NCBI GenBank assembly: GCA_017463155.1
Contig: JAFTPT010000036.1
Coordinates: forward strand, 1 to 32,000
DNA length: 32,000 nucleotides
Direction of reading: 5' to 3'
From: Blautia sp.
Lineage (GTDB): Bacteria > Bacillota > Clostridia > Lachnospirales > Lachnospiraceae
The position numbers were made by a program, and so were the translations under genes. Of the stretch, positions 1 to 8,185 are shown in pieces (within the stretch, counting starts at the first letter, position 1; every line of letters begins with the position of its first letter). The notes under the pieces are model-generated. The model was not told the DNA's origin. It searched no databases and saw only the letters and a list, made by a program, of their open reading frames with translations.

Positions 1-136
1 GTTAGTACTTTCCCCGACATCCGACTTCCTTCAGATTCCATCTCGCGATGGACACCCTTGTCTTCGGCTATATCCTTCCCACTGCCGGGCGGATTCCGGA
101 CTTTCACCGGTTAGAAACGTGCGCCGCCGGGCGCAC
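1..136 (-). mobile_element. Group II intron, 5' portion (domain I), class C-like; cut by the window edge
   Basis: The minus strand from 136 reads GTGCGCCCGGCGGCGCACGTTTCTAACCGGTGAAAGTCCGG...AGCCGAAGACAAGGGTGTCCATCGCGAGATGGAATCTGAAGGAAGTCGG. This gives the GUGCG 5' splice consensus. The domain-I strings are ones I recall as nearly identical in the Oceanobacillus iheyensis IIC intron. Confidence 0.8.
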
Positions 137-184
137 AAGCAGAAGGAGCTGTCCCCGGGCCGTGTTGCCTCCGGGAACAGCTCC
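137..184 (-). terminator. Hairpin terminator of the 192..1898 gene, immediately upstream of the intron 5' end
   Basis: Arms 171-184 (ccgggaacagctcc) and 145-158 (ggagctgtccccgg) form a ~14-bp GC-rich stem with a 12-nt loop. On the minus strand the stem is followed by TTCTGCTT and then the intron GTGCG. Confidence 0.6.
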
Positions 185-191
185 GGGGAGA

Positions 192-1898
192 TCAGTAGTT
201 CACAAATTCCTGTGTAACCGGCGGATAGTCCTTCACAAGCTGTTCCCAGTCCTTCGGAAGGTCGATCTTGATACAGGCGGGGCCGCCGTGGTCTCCGGAA
301 CCCGGCATGACTGCAGCACGCGGATTGGCCTCGGAGCCGGCGACGAACACCTGCAGATGATCGGCAGACCAGAACTTACGGCAGATGATGGACGGATCCT
401 TCAGAGGAAGCGGTACGTACTTCGGCGCATGGTTATTGTCCGCCATCCAGCGGATCGGTGCGTTGCCGAAGGGCTTACGCGCGTACTCCGTGATGTAGGC
501 TGTCACTTCCCTGCGGGAATTGAAGCCGGCATCCTTGAGATACTGTGCCCATACCGGTGAGATCAGGTAGGTGCAGCCGGGATCGAAGGCGCCCTTGTCA
601 TCCGGCGAGCACATCTTTTTGAGTCCGTCCACCGCGGAGGTGCAGGAGCCCAGGAAATCACGCGAATGTGCCCAGACCATGGTAAGAGCGGAATCCTCTC
701 TCGAAAGGCCGGCCTCCTCCACATGGTACGGCTCCCAGGGAGAAGCTTCCTCGTTCTCGCCGAACAGCACGCCGCCGCGGGCTTCATGCCCGGTGTAGGC
801 ATTGTCTTCAAACCCCGGACGAACGCCGGAGATGTTCATGATGAGCAGGGAGATCGCTCTCGGGATCGTCACCTTGGCCAGGCCGTAGGGGCTCAGGAAA
901 TTGTTGCTGGAGGTGACGCCAAGGGCTTCGCGGATCGGACCGTTCAGCATGAAGACCGGAGCGAAACCGGCCACCGAGCAGGTCCAGCCTACGATATGCA
1001 CCTTGGGATCCACCATGGCCTTCACGGCCGCGATCAGCACCGGCAGATGGGTCGGCTTGCAGCCGGCCATCACGGCGTTGACGGCGATCTTCTCCACCGT
1101 CGCCTTGCCGAGCATCGGCGGGATCTCGGCGATCACGGTATCCGGTGAAAGATCCGTGCCGCGCAGCATCTCATCGACGGCCTCGCGGGTGGGTGGTACG
1201 ATCGGCTGTCCGTGGTTCCAGCCCATCCGGTAGAAATAGTCATTGACCTCTTCGAAGGTTCCGGTAAAGGTCATGTCCGCGTATTTGTTTCCGATTGCTT
1301 CGGGTACTCTCTCTTCCTCTTCGGTCAGCGGCCGGGTCAGCCCGTCGATCAGCTCATCGATCAGCGGCACCACGTTGGGCCGGATCAGATCGTTGATCAC
1401 ATGGTCGTCGAGCGCAGGTTCCATGGACAGATCCTTCAGATCACAGAGCACGAACCGAAGATGCGGACAGTGCCTTGCGGAAGCACCGCGCATGGCGGAG
1501 CTTAAGATATCTCTCTTCTGCAGCATGACAGCCGGCTTGCCGGACTGCTCCACAAAAGAAGTGTTGAACGCGTGATACATGGCGCAGCTTCCGGCATCGC
1601 CGTAGGCCGCGATGACGCCGTCCACGCCGGAGAGCCATTCCTTGTAGGCCGGCAGAAAGTCCGGGTCGTTCCGCAGTTCGGACGTATCTCTGGGATACTG
1701 GAAGTAAGAAAAGCTGATATTCTCGTATTTTTTACGAAGCTCTTTTTCCACCTCGCGCAGAATATAAGGAGAATGCCCTTTGAAATGGGAGAACATACCG
1801 ATGGTCTTCCCCTCCAGGGTATCGAGTCTCTTGTTCAGGCCTCTGGCCGCGGAAGCGTCGACTTCCGCCCACGGGCTCAGTACTGTATATTGCATCAT
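192..1898 (-). CDS. Two-domain hypothetical protein: N-terminal UGSC-family-like domain fused to an uncharacterised C-terminal domain
   Basis: 568-aa ORF with AGGAGG 6-8 nt upstream of the ATG ATG start. The N-terminal region contains VIAAYGDAGSCAMYHAF, resembling the D-[U/C]-GSC core of UGSC (seleno)proteins but with Ala at the U/C position. The C-terminal region (GQPIVPPT...VEKIAVNAVMAGC...) resembles a conserved uncharacterised family, from memory. Confidence 0.8.
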   Translation of the reverse strand: MMQYTVLSPWAEVDASAARGLNKRLDTLEGKTIGMFSHFKGHSPYILREVEKELRKKYENISFSYFQYPRDTSELRNDPDFLPAYKEWLSGVDGVIAAYGDAGSCAMYHAFNTSFVEQSGKPAVMLQKRDILSSAMRGASARHCPHLRFVLCDLKDLSMEPALDDHVINDLIRPNVVPLIDELIDGLTRPLTEEEERVPEAIGNKYADMTFTGTFEEVNDYFYRMGWNHGQPIVPPTREAVDEMLRGTDLSPDTVIAEIPPMLGKATVEKIAVNAVMAGCKPTHLPVLIAAVKAMVDPKVHIVGWTCSVAGFAPVFMLNGPIREALGVTSSNNFLSPYGLAKVTIPRAISLLIMNISGVRPGFEDNAYTGHEARGGVLFGENEEASPWEPYHVEEAGLSREDSALTMVWAHSRDFLGSCTSAVDGLKKMCSPDDKGAFDPGCTYLISPVWAQYLKDAGFNSRREVTAYITEYARKPFGNAPIRWMADNNHAPKYVPLPLKDPSIICRKFWSADHLQVFVAGSEANPRAAVMPGSGDHGGPACIKIDLPKDWEQLVKDYPPVTQEFVNY

Positions 1899-1972
1899 GA
1901 TACCTCCTGTAAGCAGACGCCTCTTCCCGCCGTGCCGCGCGCACGTGGGAAGGGTGTCCGGGTTTTCTCTTT

Positions 1973-2905
1973 TTACTGGAAAGCGTACATGTGCCCTGCC
2001 GGTGCAAAGGTGTCAAACTCATAGAGCCAGGCGCCGTCTGTTCCACAGCACAGCATATATCCTTTTTTCTTTTCCGGATGGATCGCAAGATTCGGGCTCT
2101 TCATGCAGTGATCGTCGTAGCGGTCTTCGATCACCACGTTCGCGATGGGGATGCCCTCGTCGTCGGTCACGATGCAGCGGCCGCCGTACATCATCGCCAC
2201 ATACACGTTGCCTTCGTCATCCACCTTCAGTGAATCGCACATATCTGCTCCGTTGGCATGGTAGACTCTCTTTACGCCCAGGAACATCGGACGGATCAGA
2301 TGCTCCGGCGTCAGCTGGCAGCGGATGATGGTATTCGGCACGGTCTCCGCCGTCCACAGGTATTTTTCATCCGGGGACAGGCCGATGCCGTTCGGCGTCA
2401 TCATATCGCCGCAGAGCCTGATGCACTCCTTGTAGTCCGATTCCTGCGTGAATTTGTATAACCCGCCCTCGTAGTTCAGCGGGATGTCATGGAAATCCGT
2501 GACATACAGGTCGCCCTTACTGTCAAAGCAGATGTCGTTCGGGTGCAGGTCCGGCATGCCGGGCTGGTCGAGCAGATCCCGCTGGAATTCTCCTTCGGGG
2601 GAAAGCACGGGAAAGCCGCCCTTGATGTCGCACAGGAAGATCCGGCCGTCCTTGTGGACCGCCACGCCGATCAGATGGCCGTGATCCTGCTCATAGATCT
2701 TCTGAACCTGTTTATCCGGCGTGATCTTCAGGATCTGCGGATTCTCTCCCACGGGCTTGACGCCCATGATCAGGTTGCCCTCTCTGTCAAATTCGGCTCC
2801 CTCGACCGTGCCCGGGCCGCTGGTGGGCGGTCCCACCTGGACCCATTTTTTTGCAATGTAGGTTGGAAGTCCTCTGAGTTCCGGAGGAAGTAAATGTGTT
2901 CTCAT
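1973..2905 (-). CDS. SMP-30/gluconolactonase/LRE-like beta-propeller protein
   Basis: 310 aa counted from the ATG at 2905. AGGAGG lies at 2912-2917 with a 6-nt spacer; the track's first M is an upstream GTG. Repeated propeller-type motifs are present (GNLIMGV, DGRIFLCD, KGDLYVTDF, GNVYVAM). Confidence 0.8.
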   Translation of the reverse strand: MRTHLLPPELRGLPTYIAKKWVQVGPPTSGPGTVEGAEFDREGNLIMGVKPVGENPQILKITPDKQVQKIYEQDHGHLIGVAVHKDGRIFLCDIKGGFPVLSPEGEFQRDLLDQPGMPDLHPNDICFDSKGDLYVTDFHDIPLNYEGGLYKFTQESDYKECIRLCGDMMTPNGIGLSPDEKYLWTAETVPNTIIRCQLTPEHLIRPMFLGVKRVYHANGADMCDSLKVDDEGNVYVAMMYGGRCIVTDDEGIPIANVVIEDRYDDHCMKSPNLAIHPEKKKGYMLCCGTDGAWLYEFDTFAPAGHMYAFQ

Positions 2906-2924
2906 CACAAGCCTCCTTTCAGGA

Positions 2925-4238
2925 TCAGTGGATGAACAGGGTCAGGACCAGCGCGATCAGCGAGTAGACCGTCGGCAGTACGCAGTTGGAGATCAGCAGG
3001 TACTTGTAACCGGTCTTGATATCATAGCCGTACACCGGGATCATGGCGTTGACAAAGCTGTTATGCGGAAGCGTATCCCAGGATGCGGAGGTGATGTTGA
3101 TCAGTCGCTGTGCAGCCGCCATGTTGACGCCCATGGCTTCCATCTTCTCCTTGAACACGCCGATGAAGGACAGTGCACCGGAGGAACCGTTGGCCATGAT
3201 GGCGACCATCAGCATGGTGCCGAGCCACATGATGATGTACGGGTTGAAGCTGCTGTTGGACAGTGCGTTCGCAAGACCGCTGATCGCCGGGGTCTGTGCC
3301 ACGATGCTGGCAAAACCGTACATAACGCAGGCGCCGACCATGCCGGGCATGACGATGACGATCTGCTTGGACATTTCCTTCAGAACGTTGACACCGGGCT
3401 TGATGTATCTGTGATTGAAGAGATACAGAAGCACGGAGCTGATGACCGTTCCGTATACCACGCCCTGGGTGCCGTTCTGCTTGAAGATGAAGACAAACAC
3501 GAACACGAAGCCCAGAAGGACGAGCAGCGGGATCAGGGACAGCCAGAAGTTCGGCAGCTCATCGTCCGGACGAAGCTTGCTGTCTTCATTGCCGGTTCCA
3601 TCGTAGCCGATGCCTTTGGCACGGGCATCCTTGATCAGCTTGTTGATGTAGATACCGATCAGGACAACGCCGCAGATTGCGGTGATGATACCGACGACCG
3701 AGCCGGAATAGATATCCACGCCCAGCGCCTGGGATGTCAGCAGGTTGTTCAGCGTCGTCGCGCCGGGAAGTACCTGCTGGGAGATGACCATGGTACCGGC
3801 AACAGCCACCAGGCACACATATCTCGGGCAGTTGGCTCTCTTGGCGAGGCCGAAGGAGATGTAGCTCATCAGCACCCACGGAACCGCTCCGGTTGCCGCC
3901 AGCAGCATGTTGGCGATGATCAGCGGCCAGTACCAGTTGGTGGTACCGAAGGCTCGGACGAAGCCCTTACCTATGGATTCCGCCGATCCCGTGGCGTCCA
4001 GTACACCGCCGAAGCAGCCTCCGACGACGAACAGGAAGAAGAAGCCCTGGCACATGAAGCCGAACCTCTCGGGGAAGGTGGTGAAAAACGAGGTGACAAA
4101 GCCGTCCGGCACACAGAAGGATACCAGTGCGGCCGCGACGGTTCCTGTGAGGATCGGGTTTACACCCTTCATGCCGAAGTAGATCAGCATCGCCACACAG
4201 ATCAGAATGACGATCAATGAAACGGGTACAGTTTGCAT
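2925..4238 (-). CDS. Polytopic permease, GntP/ion-transporter superfamily-like
   Basis: 437 aa counted from MQTVPV (ATG 4238), which is preceded by AAAGGAGG plus a spacer. The protein is hydrophobic throughout with about 12 predicted helices. It is the first gene of an operon with the lactonase-like and UGSC-like genes. Confidence 0.75.
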   Translation of the reverse strand: MQTVPVSLIVILICVAMLIYFGMKGVNPILTGTVAAALVSFCVPDGFVTSFFTTFPERFGFMCQGFFFLFVVGGCFGGVLDATGSAESIGKGFVRAFGTTNWYWPLIIANMLLAATGAVPWVLMSYISFGLAKRANCPRYVCLVAVAGTMVISQQVLPGATTLNNLLTSQALGVDIYSGSVVGIITAICGVVLIGIYINKLIKDARAKGIGYDGTGNEDSKLRPDDELPNFWLSLIPLLVLLGFVFVFVFIFKQNGTQGVVYGTVISSVLLYLFNHRYIKPGVNVLKEMSKQIVIVMPGMVGACVMYGFASIVAQTPAISGLANALSNSSFNPYIIMWLGTMLMVAIMANGSSGALSFIGVFKEKMEAMGVNMAAAQRLINITSASWDTLPHNSFVNAMIPVYGYDIKTGYKYLLISNCVLPTVYSLIALVLTLFIH

Positions 4239-4278
4239 AAAAAATGCCTCCTTTCCTTTCTTGCACATAGCGTGTGCG

Positions 4279-4310
4279 GATCATAAAATGTGTACAAATA
4301 TTTTATGATC
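4279..4310. promoter_or_regulatory. Perfect 11-bp inverted repeat (candidate operator) upstream of the permease operon
   Basis: GATCATAAAAT (4279-4289), a 10-nt spacer containing TGTACA, then ATTTTATGATC (4300-4310). It lies 41-72 bp upstream of the permease start. Confidence 0.4.
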
Positions 4311-4385
4311 TTCTATGTTTCCATTATCTACCTTTGCGCGTGGGCTTTCAAGGAAGCGGGGGTTTGGATCTATTCGATTTTCCGA

Positions 4386-4414
4386 TTGATTTCCGGGGTT
4401 ATAAATGAGATAAT
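4386..4414 (+). promoter_or_regulatory. Putative sigma-A promoter of the LysR gene
   Basis: TTGATT (4386-4391), 17-nt spacer, GATAAT (4409-4414), about 75 nt upstream of ATG 4490. Confidence 0.4.
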
Positions 4415-4425
4415 ATGCGCATATT
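4412..4425. promoter_or_regulatory. 14-bp perfect palindrome overlapping the lysR -10/TSS (candidate autoregulatory site)
   Basis: AATATGCGCATATT. The half-site CGCATATTC occurs at 4418-4426 and recurs at 4461-4469. CGATTGATT (4383-4391) is inverted as AATCAATCG (4454-4462). Confidence 0.35.
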
Positions 4426-4489
4426 CTTTATTCTTTGAGATCAGATTCTCAATAATCAATCGCATATTCCGATTAAAGAAGGAGGGCTT

Positions 4490-5383
4490 ATGGATTCAGA
4501 CAGCATCCGTTATTTTATCAGAGCCGCGGAGCTGCAGCATCTCACATCCGCGGCAAAAGAATTGAATGTTTCCCAGTCGACCCTGTCCGCCCATATCAAA
4601 AAGCTGGAGAATGAGCTGGGCTGCCCGCTCTTCGACCGGATCGGGAAACATGTGTACCTGAATGAATACGGGGGAATCTTTCTGAAATACGCCCGCAGGC
4701 TCGTCTCGGACTATGAAAGAGCCCGGAGTGAGCTGGACGATCTGTACAGCAAAAAAGAGTGGCACGTCACCTTTACCATGCCGCCCCTCAGCTCGTTTCC
4801 CGGTATCGCGGTCAAGCTGAAGGAGGACTGCCCCAAGGTCGTCTTCCGGAATATCCAGACCCGTTATGAGGAGCGTCTGGACGCGCTTCTGCGGGGCACG
4901 GTGGATTTCTGTATCATGGGCGCGTCGATCCGGCATCCGGCTCTGGAGAGCTTTACCCTCTCCCACGATGAGATGGCGATCCTGCTGCCGGAATCCCATC
5001 GGTTTGCCGGCCAGGAGAGTCTCCGCCTGCGGGATCTAAGGCACGAGCCCTTCGCCAACGTCAGCAACCCCGGCGCTGCCCATGAGGACATCAAGGATCT
5101 GACGGATCTGGAATACTTCTGCAGACAGGCCGGATTCTCTCCCAGGATCCAGTACTGGTGTGATATCTCCTACGAGGTCATCGAGGCGGTCCGGAACTCC
5201 GGCTGCCTGGCCATCCTGCCAAAAAGAGTGCTCCAGGGCTACAATACCACCGGCATCCGCATTCTGCCGATCTCCGAGCCGGTCTGCTACTCCTATCTGC
5301 GGCTCTACACGCTCAAGGACGTGGTGCCGCGGCGCGCCGTCCGGCAGGTCATCGACAGTATCAAGAAATATTTTGCCGCATAA
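4490..5383 (+). CDS. LysR-family transcriptional regulator
   Basis: The N-terminal wHTH reads IRYFIRAAELQHLTSAAKELNVSQSTLSAHIKKLENELGCPLFDR, followed by a substrate-binding-type C-terminal domain. GGAGG lies upstream of the start. The gene is divergent from the permease operon. Confidence 0.95.
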   Translation: MDSDSIRYFIRAAELQHLTSAAKELNVSQSTLSAHIKKLENELGCPLFDRIGKHVYLNEYGGIFLKYARRLVSDYERARSELDDLYSKKEWHVTFTMPPLSSFPGIAVKLKEDCPKVVFRNIQTRYEERLDALLRGTVDFCIMGASIRHPALESFTLSHDEMAILLPESHRFAGQESLRLRDLRHEPFANVSNPGAAHEDIKDLTDLEYFCRQAGFSPRIQYWCDISYEVIEAVRNSGCLAILPKRVLQGYNTTGIRILPISEPVCYSYLRLYTLKDVVPRRAVRQVIDSIKKYFAA

Positions 5384-6146
5384 GCAGCGTCCGGGCATTC
5401 TCTTCCGTCACGGCGATGACCTCCTCCGGCGTAACGCCCTTCAGCTCCGCGATCGCCTGCACCACGTAGGGCAGGTTCAGCGAAGAATTGCGTTTGCCGC
5501 GGTTCGGCTCCGGCGAAAGGTACGGGCAGTCCGTCTCCAGCACCAGCTGTGTAAGCGGTGCCTCCCGGACGACCTCTTTCAGCTTCCGGCCGTTCTTGAA
5601 GGTCACCACCCCGCCGATGCCGAGGTACAGGCCCATCTTCAGGTATTCCCGGGCAATCTCCGTCCCGTAGGGGAAGCAGTGCAGGATCCCGCCGTACATG
5701 CCTCCGGCCATATATTCCTTCACGATGGCCAGCGTGTCCTCGGCCGCGTCCCGGCTGTGGATCATGAACGGCAGCTTCTCTTCCCGGGCAATGTCCATCT
5801 GCGCCCGGAACATGCGTTTCTGGATCTCGTGATTTTCCGGCTCCTTGTGCCAGTAGTAATCAAGACCGATCTCACCGATGGCCACCACCTTCGGAAGACG
5901 GCTTAAGGTCCGGACCCGGTAGAGCGTCTCCTGTGTCATCAGCTCCGCGTCATCCGGGTGGATCCCGACGGCCCCGTATACGAACGGATGCTTCTGTGTC
6001 AGGGCGATGGTCTTGTCAAGATCCGCGATGGCCGCGCAGACATTCACGATCGTTCCGACATTGTTTTCCTGCATGGAAGCGAGGAGGACCTCACGGTCCT
6101 CCTCGAATGCATCACTGTCATAATGAGCATGTGTATCAAAGATCAT
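5361..6146 (-). CDS. tatD: TatD-family metal-dependent hydrolase/DNase
   Basis: MIFDTHAHYD (HxH motif), length 261 aa, and the conserved position directly downstream of metG (3-nt gap). Confidence 0.93.
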   Translation of the reverse strand: MIFDTHAHYDSDAFEEDREVLLASMQENNVGTIVNVCAAIADLDKTIALTQKHPFVYGAVGIHPDDAELMTQETLYRVRTLSRLPKVVAIGEIGLDYYWHKEPENHEIQKRMFRAQMDIAREEKLPFMIHSRDAAEDTLAIVKEYMAGGMYGGILHCFPYGTEIAREYLKMGLYLGIGGVVTFKNGRKLKEVVREAPLTQLVLETDCPYLSPEPNRGKRNSSLNLPYVVQAIAELKGVTPEEVIAVTEENARTLLMRQNIS

Positions 6147-6149
6147 TTC

Positions 6150-8126
6150 TCAGCACACCTCCGACCCGGCAGGCATATCCTTGTCGGGCGTCATCAGGGC
6201 CAGGTTTCCGTCCGCGTCCTCCGCGCACAGGATCATGCCCTCGCTCAGCATCCCGGCCAGCCTGGCCGGCTTCAGGTTGGTGACGACCATGACCTTCTTG
6301 CCCACCATCTGCTCCGGTGAATAGGAGGATTTGATACCGGACAGGATCTGCCGGACCTCGTTTCCGATCTTCACCTGGGAGCACAGAAGCTTGCGGGATT
6401 TTTTGACCTCCTCACAGGCGATGATCTCGCCGATCTGGAACTGGAGCTTCGCGAAATCGTCGTAGGTGATCTCCGGCTTCTTTTCGATCTCCGGTGCTGC
6501 CTCTTCGGATTTTTCTTCCTTCGCCTCCGGCTTTGCGGCCGCCGCGGCCTGCGCTGCCATCAGGACTTCCGCCTTTTCCAGTACTTCCTTCATGTCAAGC
6601 CTTGCAAAAAGGATCTCCGGCTTGTCGGTCACCTTGTTTCCGGACGGATACAGGCCAAAGGTCTTCAGGTCCTCGAGTGTACGCTTCTGCGCGTTCAGCT
6701 GGGTGAGGATCCGCTCCGTCGTCTCAGGCATAAAGGATTCCAGAAGGATCGCACCGATGGTGATGCCTTCGACCAGGTTGTAGAGCACGGTCGCCAGACG
6801 GTCCTGTTTGGTCTCATCCTTGGCCAGGGCCCAGGGCATGGTCTCGTCGATGTATTTGTTGCAGCGCTTGAACAGGGAGAAGATCTCCGTGATGGCGTCC
6901 GCCACGCGGAGCTCGTCCATCTTGGCGTTGACCTTGGCCGGAACCGCCAGGATAAAGGACTTGAGATCCTCATCCACCGGCTCCTTTATGCCGCGGTCCT
7001 CCACCACGCCGCCAAAGTACTTGTTGCTCATGGAGATGGTCCGGTTCACCAGGTTGCCGAGCGTGTTGGCCAGCTCGGAATTGATCCGCTCCACCAGGAG
7101 CTCCCAGGTGATCACGCCGTCGTTCTCAAAGGGCATCTCGTGCAGCACGAAGAACCGCACCGCGTCCACGCCGAAGAAATCCACCAGGTCGTCCGCGTAG
7201 AGGACGTTCCCCTTGGATTTGCTCATCTTGCCCTCGCCCTGCAGCAGCCACGGATGGCCGAATACCTGTCTGGGCAGCGGCTCCTCCAGAGACATCAGGA
7301 AGATCGGCCAGTAGATGGTATGGAACCGGATGATATCCTTGCCGATCAGGTGCAGGTCCGCCGGCCAGTCCTTCCTGTACTGGTCCGTGGAGTTTCCATC
7401 CGCGTCGTAGCCGATGCCGGTGATGTAGTTGGTCAGTGCGTCCAGCCACACGTAGACGACGTGCTTGTCGTCAAAGTCTACCGGAATGCCCCACTTGAAG
7501 GACGTACGGGACACGCACAGGTCCTGCAGGCCCGGAAGAAGGAAATTGTTCATCATCTCGTTCTTGCGGGATTCGGGCTGAATGAATTCCGGATGCGTGT
7601 TGATGTGCTCGATCAGGCGGTCGGCATACTTGCTCATCTTGAAGAAGTAGGCCTCCTCCTTGGCACGGGTCACCTCGCGGCCGCAGTCCGGACACTTGCC
7701 GTCCACCAGCTGGGATTCGGTCCAGAAGGATTCGCAGGGCGTACAGTACCAGCCTTCATAGGCGCCCTTGTAGATGTCGCCCTTGGCGTACATCTTTTTG
7801 AACATCTTCTGCACCTGTTTTTCGTGATCCTCATCCGTCGTACGGATGAATTTATCGTAGGACGTGTTCATCAGGTCCCAGATCCTCTTGATCTCGGCCG
7901 CGACCTTGTCCACGTACTCCTTGGGCGTCACACCGGCCTCGAGTGCCTTCTGCTCGATCTTCTGGCCGTGCTCATCGGTGCCCGTCTGGAAAAAGACGTC
8001 ATAGCCCTGCTGCCGTCTGTACCGCGCGATCGCGTCCGCCAGGACGATCTCGTAGGTATTGCCGATGTGCGGCTTGCCGGACGCATAGGCGATGGCCGTC
8101 GTCAGATAATATTTTTTCTTGTCCAT
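6150..8126 (-). CDS. metG: Methionine--tRNA ligase with C-terminal tRNA-binding (EMAP/Trbp111-like) domain
   Basis: The start is set at MDKKKYYLTTAIAYASGKPHIGN (HIGH-type motif) with GGAGGAATCAGCAT immediately upstream of the ATG at 8126. Also present are KMSKSKGN, Zn knuckles (CTPCES, CPDCG) and the C-terminal LQFQIGEIIACEEV..KL domain. The 26 upstream codons in the track ORF have no support. Confidence 0.97.
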   Translation of the reverse strand: MDKKKYYLTTAIAYASGKPHIGNTYEIVLADAIARYRRQQGYDVFFQTGTDEHGQKIEQKALEAGVTPKEYVDKVAAEIKRIWDLMNTSYDKFIRTTDEDHEKQVQKMFKKMYAKGDIYKGAYEGWYCTPCESFWTESQLVDGKCPDCGREVTRAKEEAYFFKMSKYADRLIEHINTHPEFIQPESRKNEMMNNFLLPGLQDLCVSRTSFKWGIPVDFDDKHVVYVWLDALTNYITGIGYDADGNSTDQYRKDWPADLHLIGKDIIRFHTIYWPIFLMSLEEPLPRQVFGHPWLLQGEGKMSKSKGNVLYADDLVDFFGVDAVRFFVLHEMPFENDGVITWELLVERINSELANTLGNLVNRTISMSNKYFGGVVEDRGIKEPVDEDLKSFILAVPAKVNAKMDELRVADAITEIFSLFKRCNKYIDETMPWALAKDETKQDRLATVLYNLVEGITIGAILLESFMPETTERILTQLNAQKRTLEDLKTFGLYPSGNKVTDKPEILFARLDMKEVLEKAEVLMAAQAAAAAKPEAKEEKSEEAAPEIEKKPEITYDDFAKLQFQIGEIIACEEVKKSRKLLCSQVKIGNEVRQILSGIKSSYSPEQMVGKKVMVVTNLKPARLAGMLSEGMILCAEDADGNLALMTPDKDMPAGSEVC

Positions 8127-8185
8127 ATGCTGATTCCTCCGTTCAAAAATGCCACTTCTGATAGTATGGCATATTTGATCAAAAA

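Noticed and set aside
4290-4565. 91-aa plus-strand ORF spanning the AT-rich control region into lysR. The same class includes the 16405-16701 ORF spanning a promoter and terminator.
   Set aside because: These cross predicted promoters, operators or terminators and lack an RBS. The first is out of frame with the clearly supported LysR start.
8127-8185. T-box leader upstream of metG
   Set aside because: The gap is only 59 nt. No specifier loop or T-box sequence (AANNNGGGTGGTACCGCG-like) is present.
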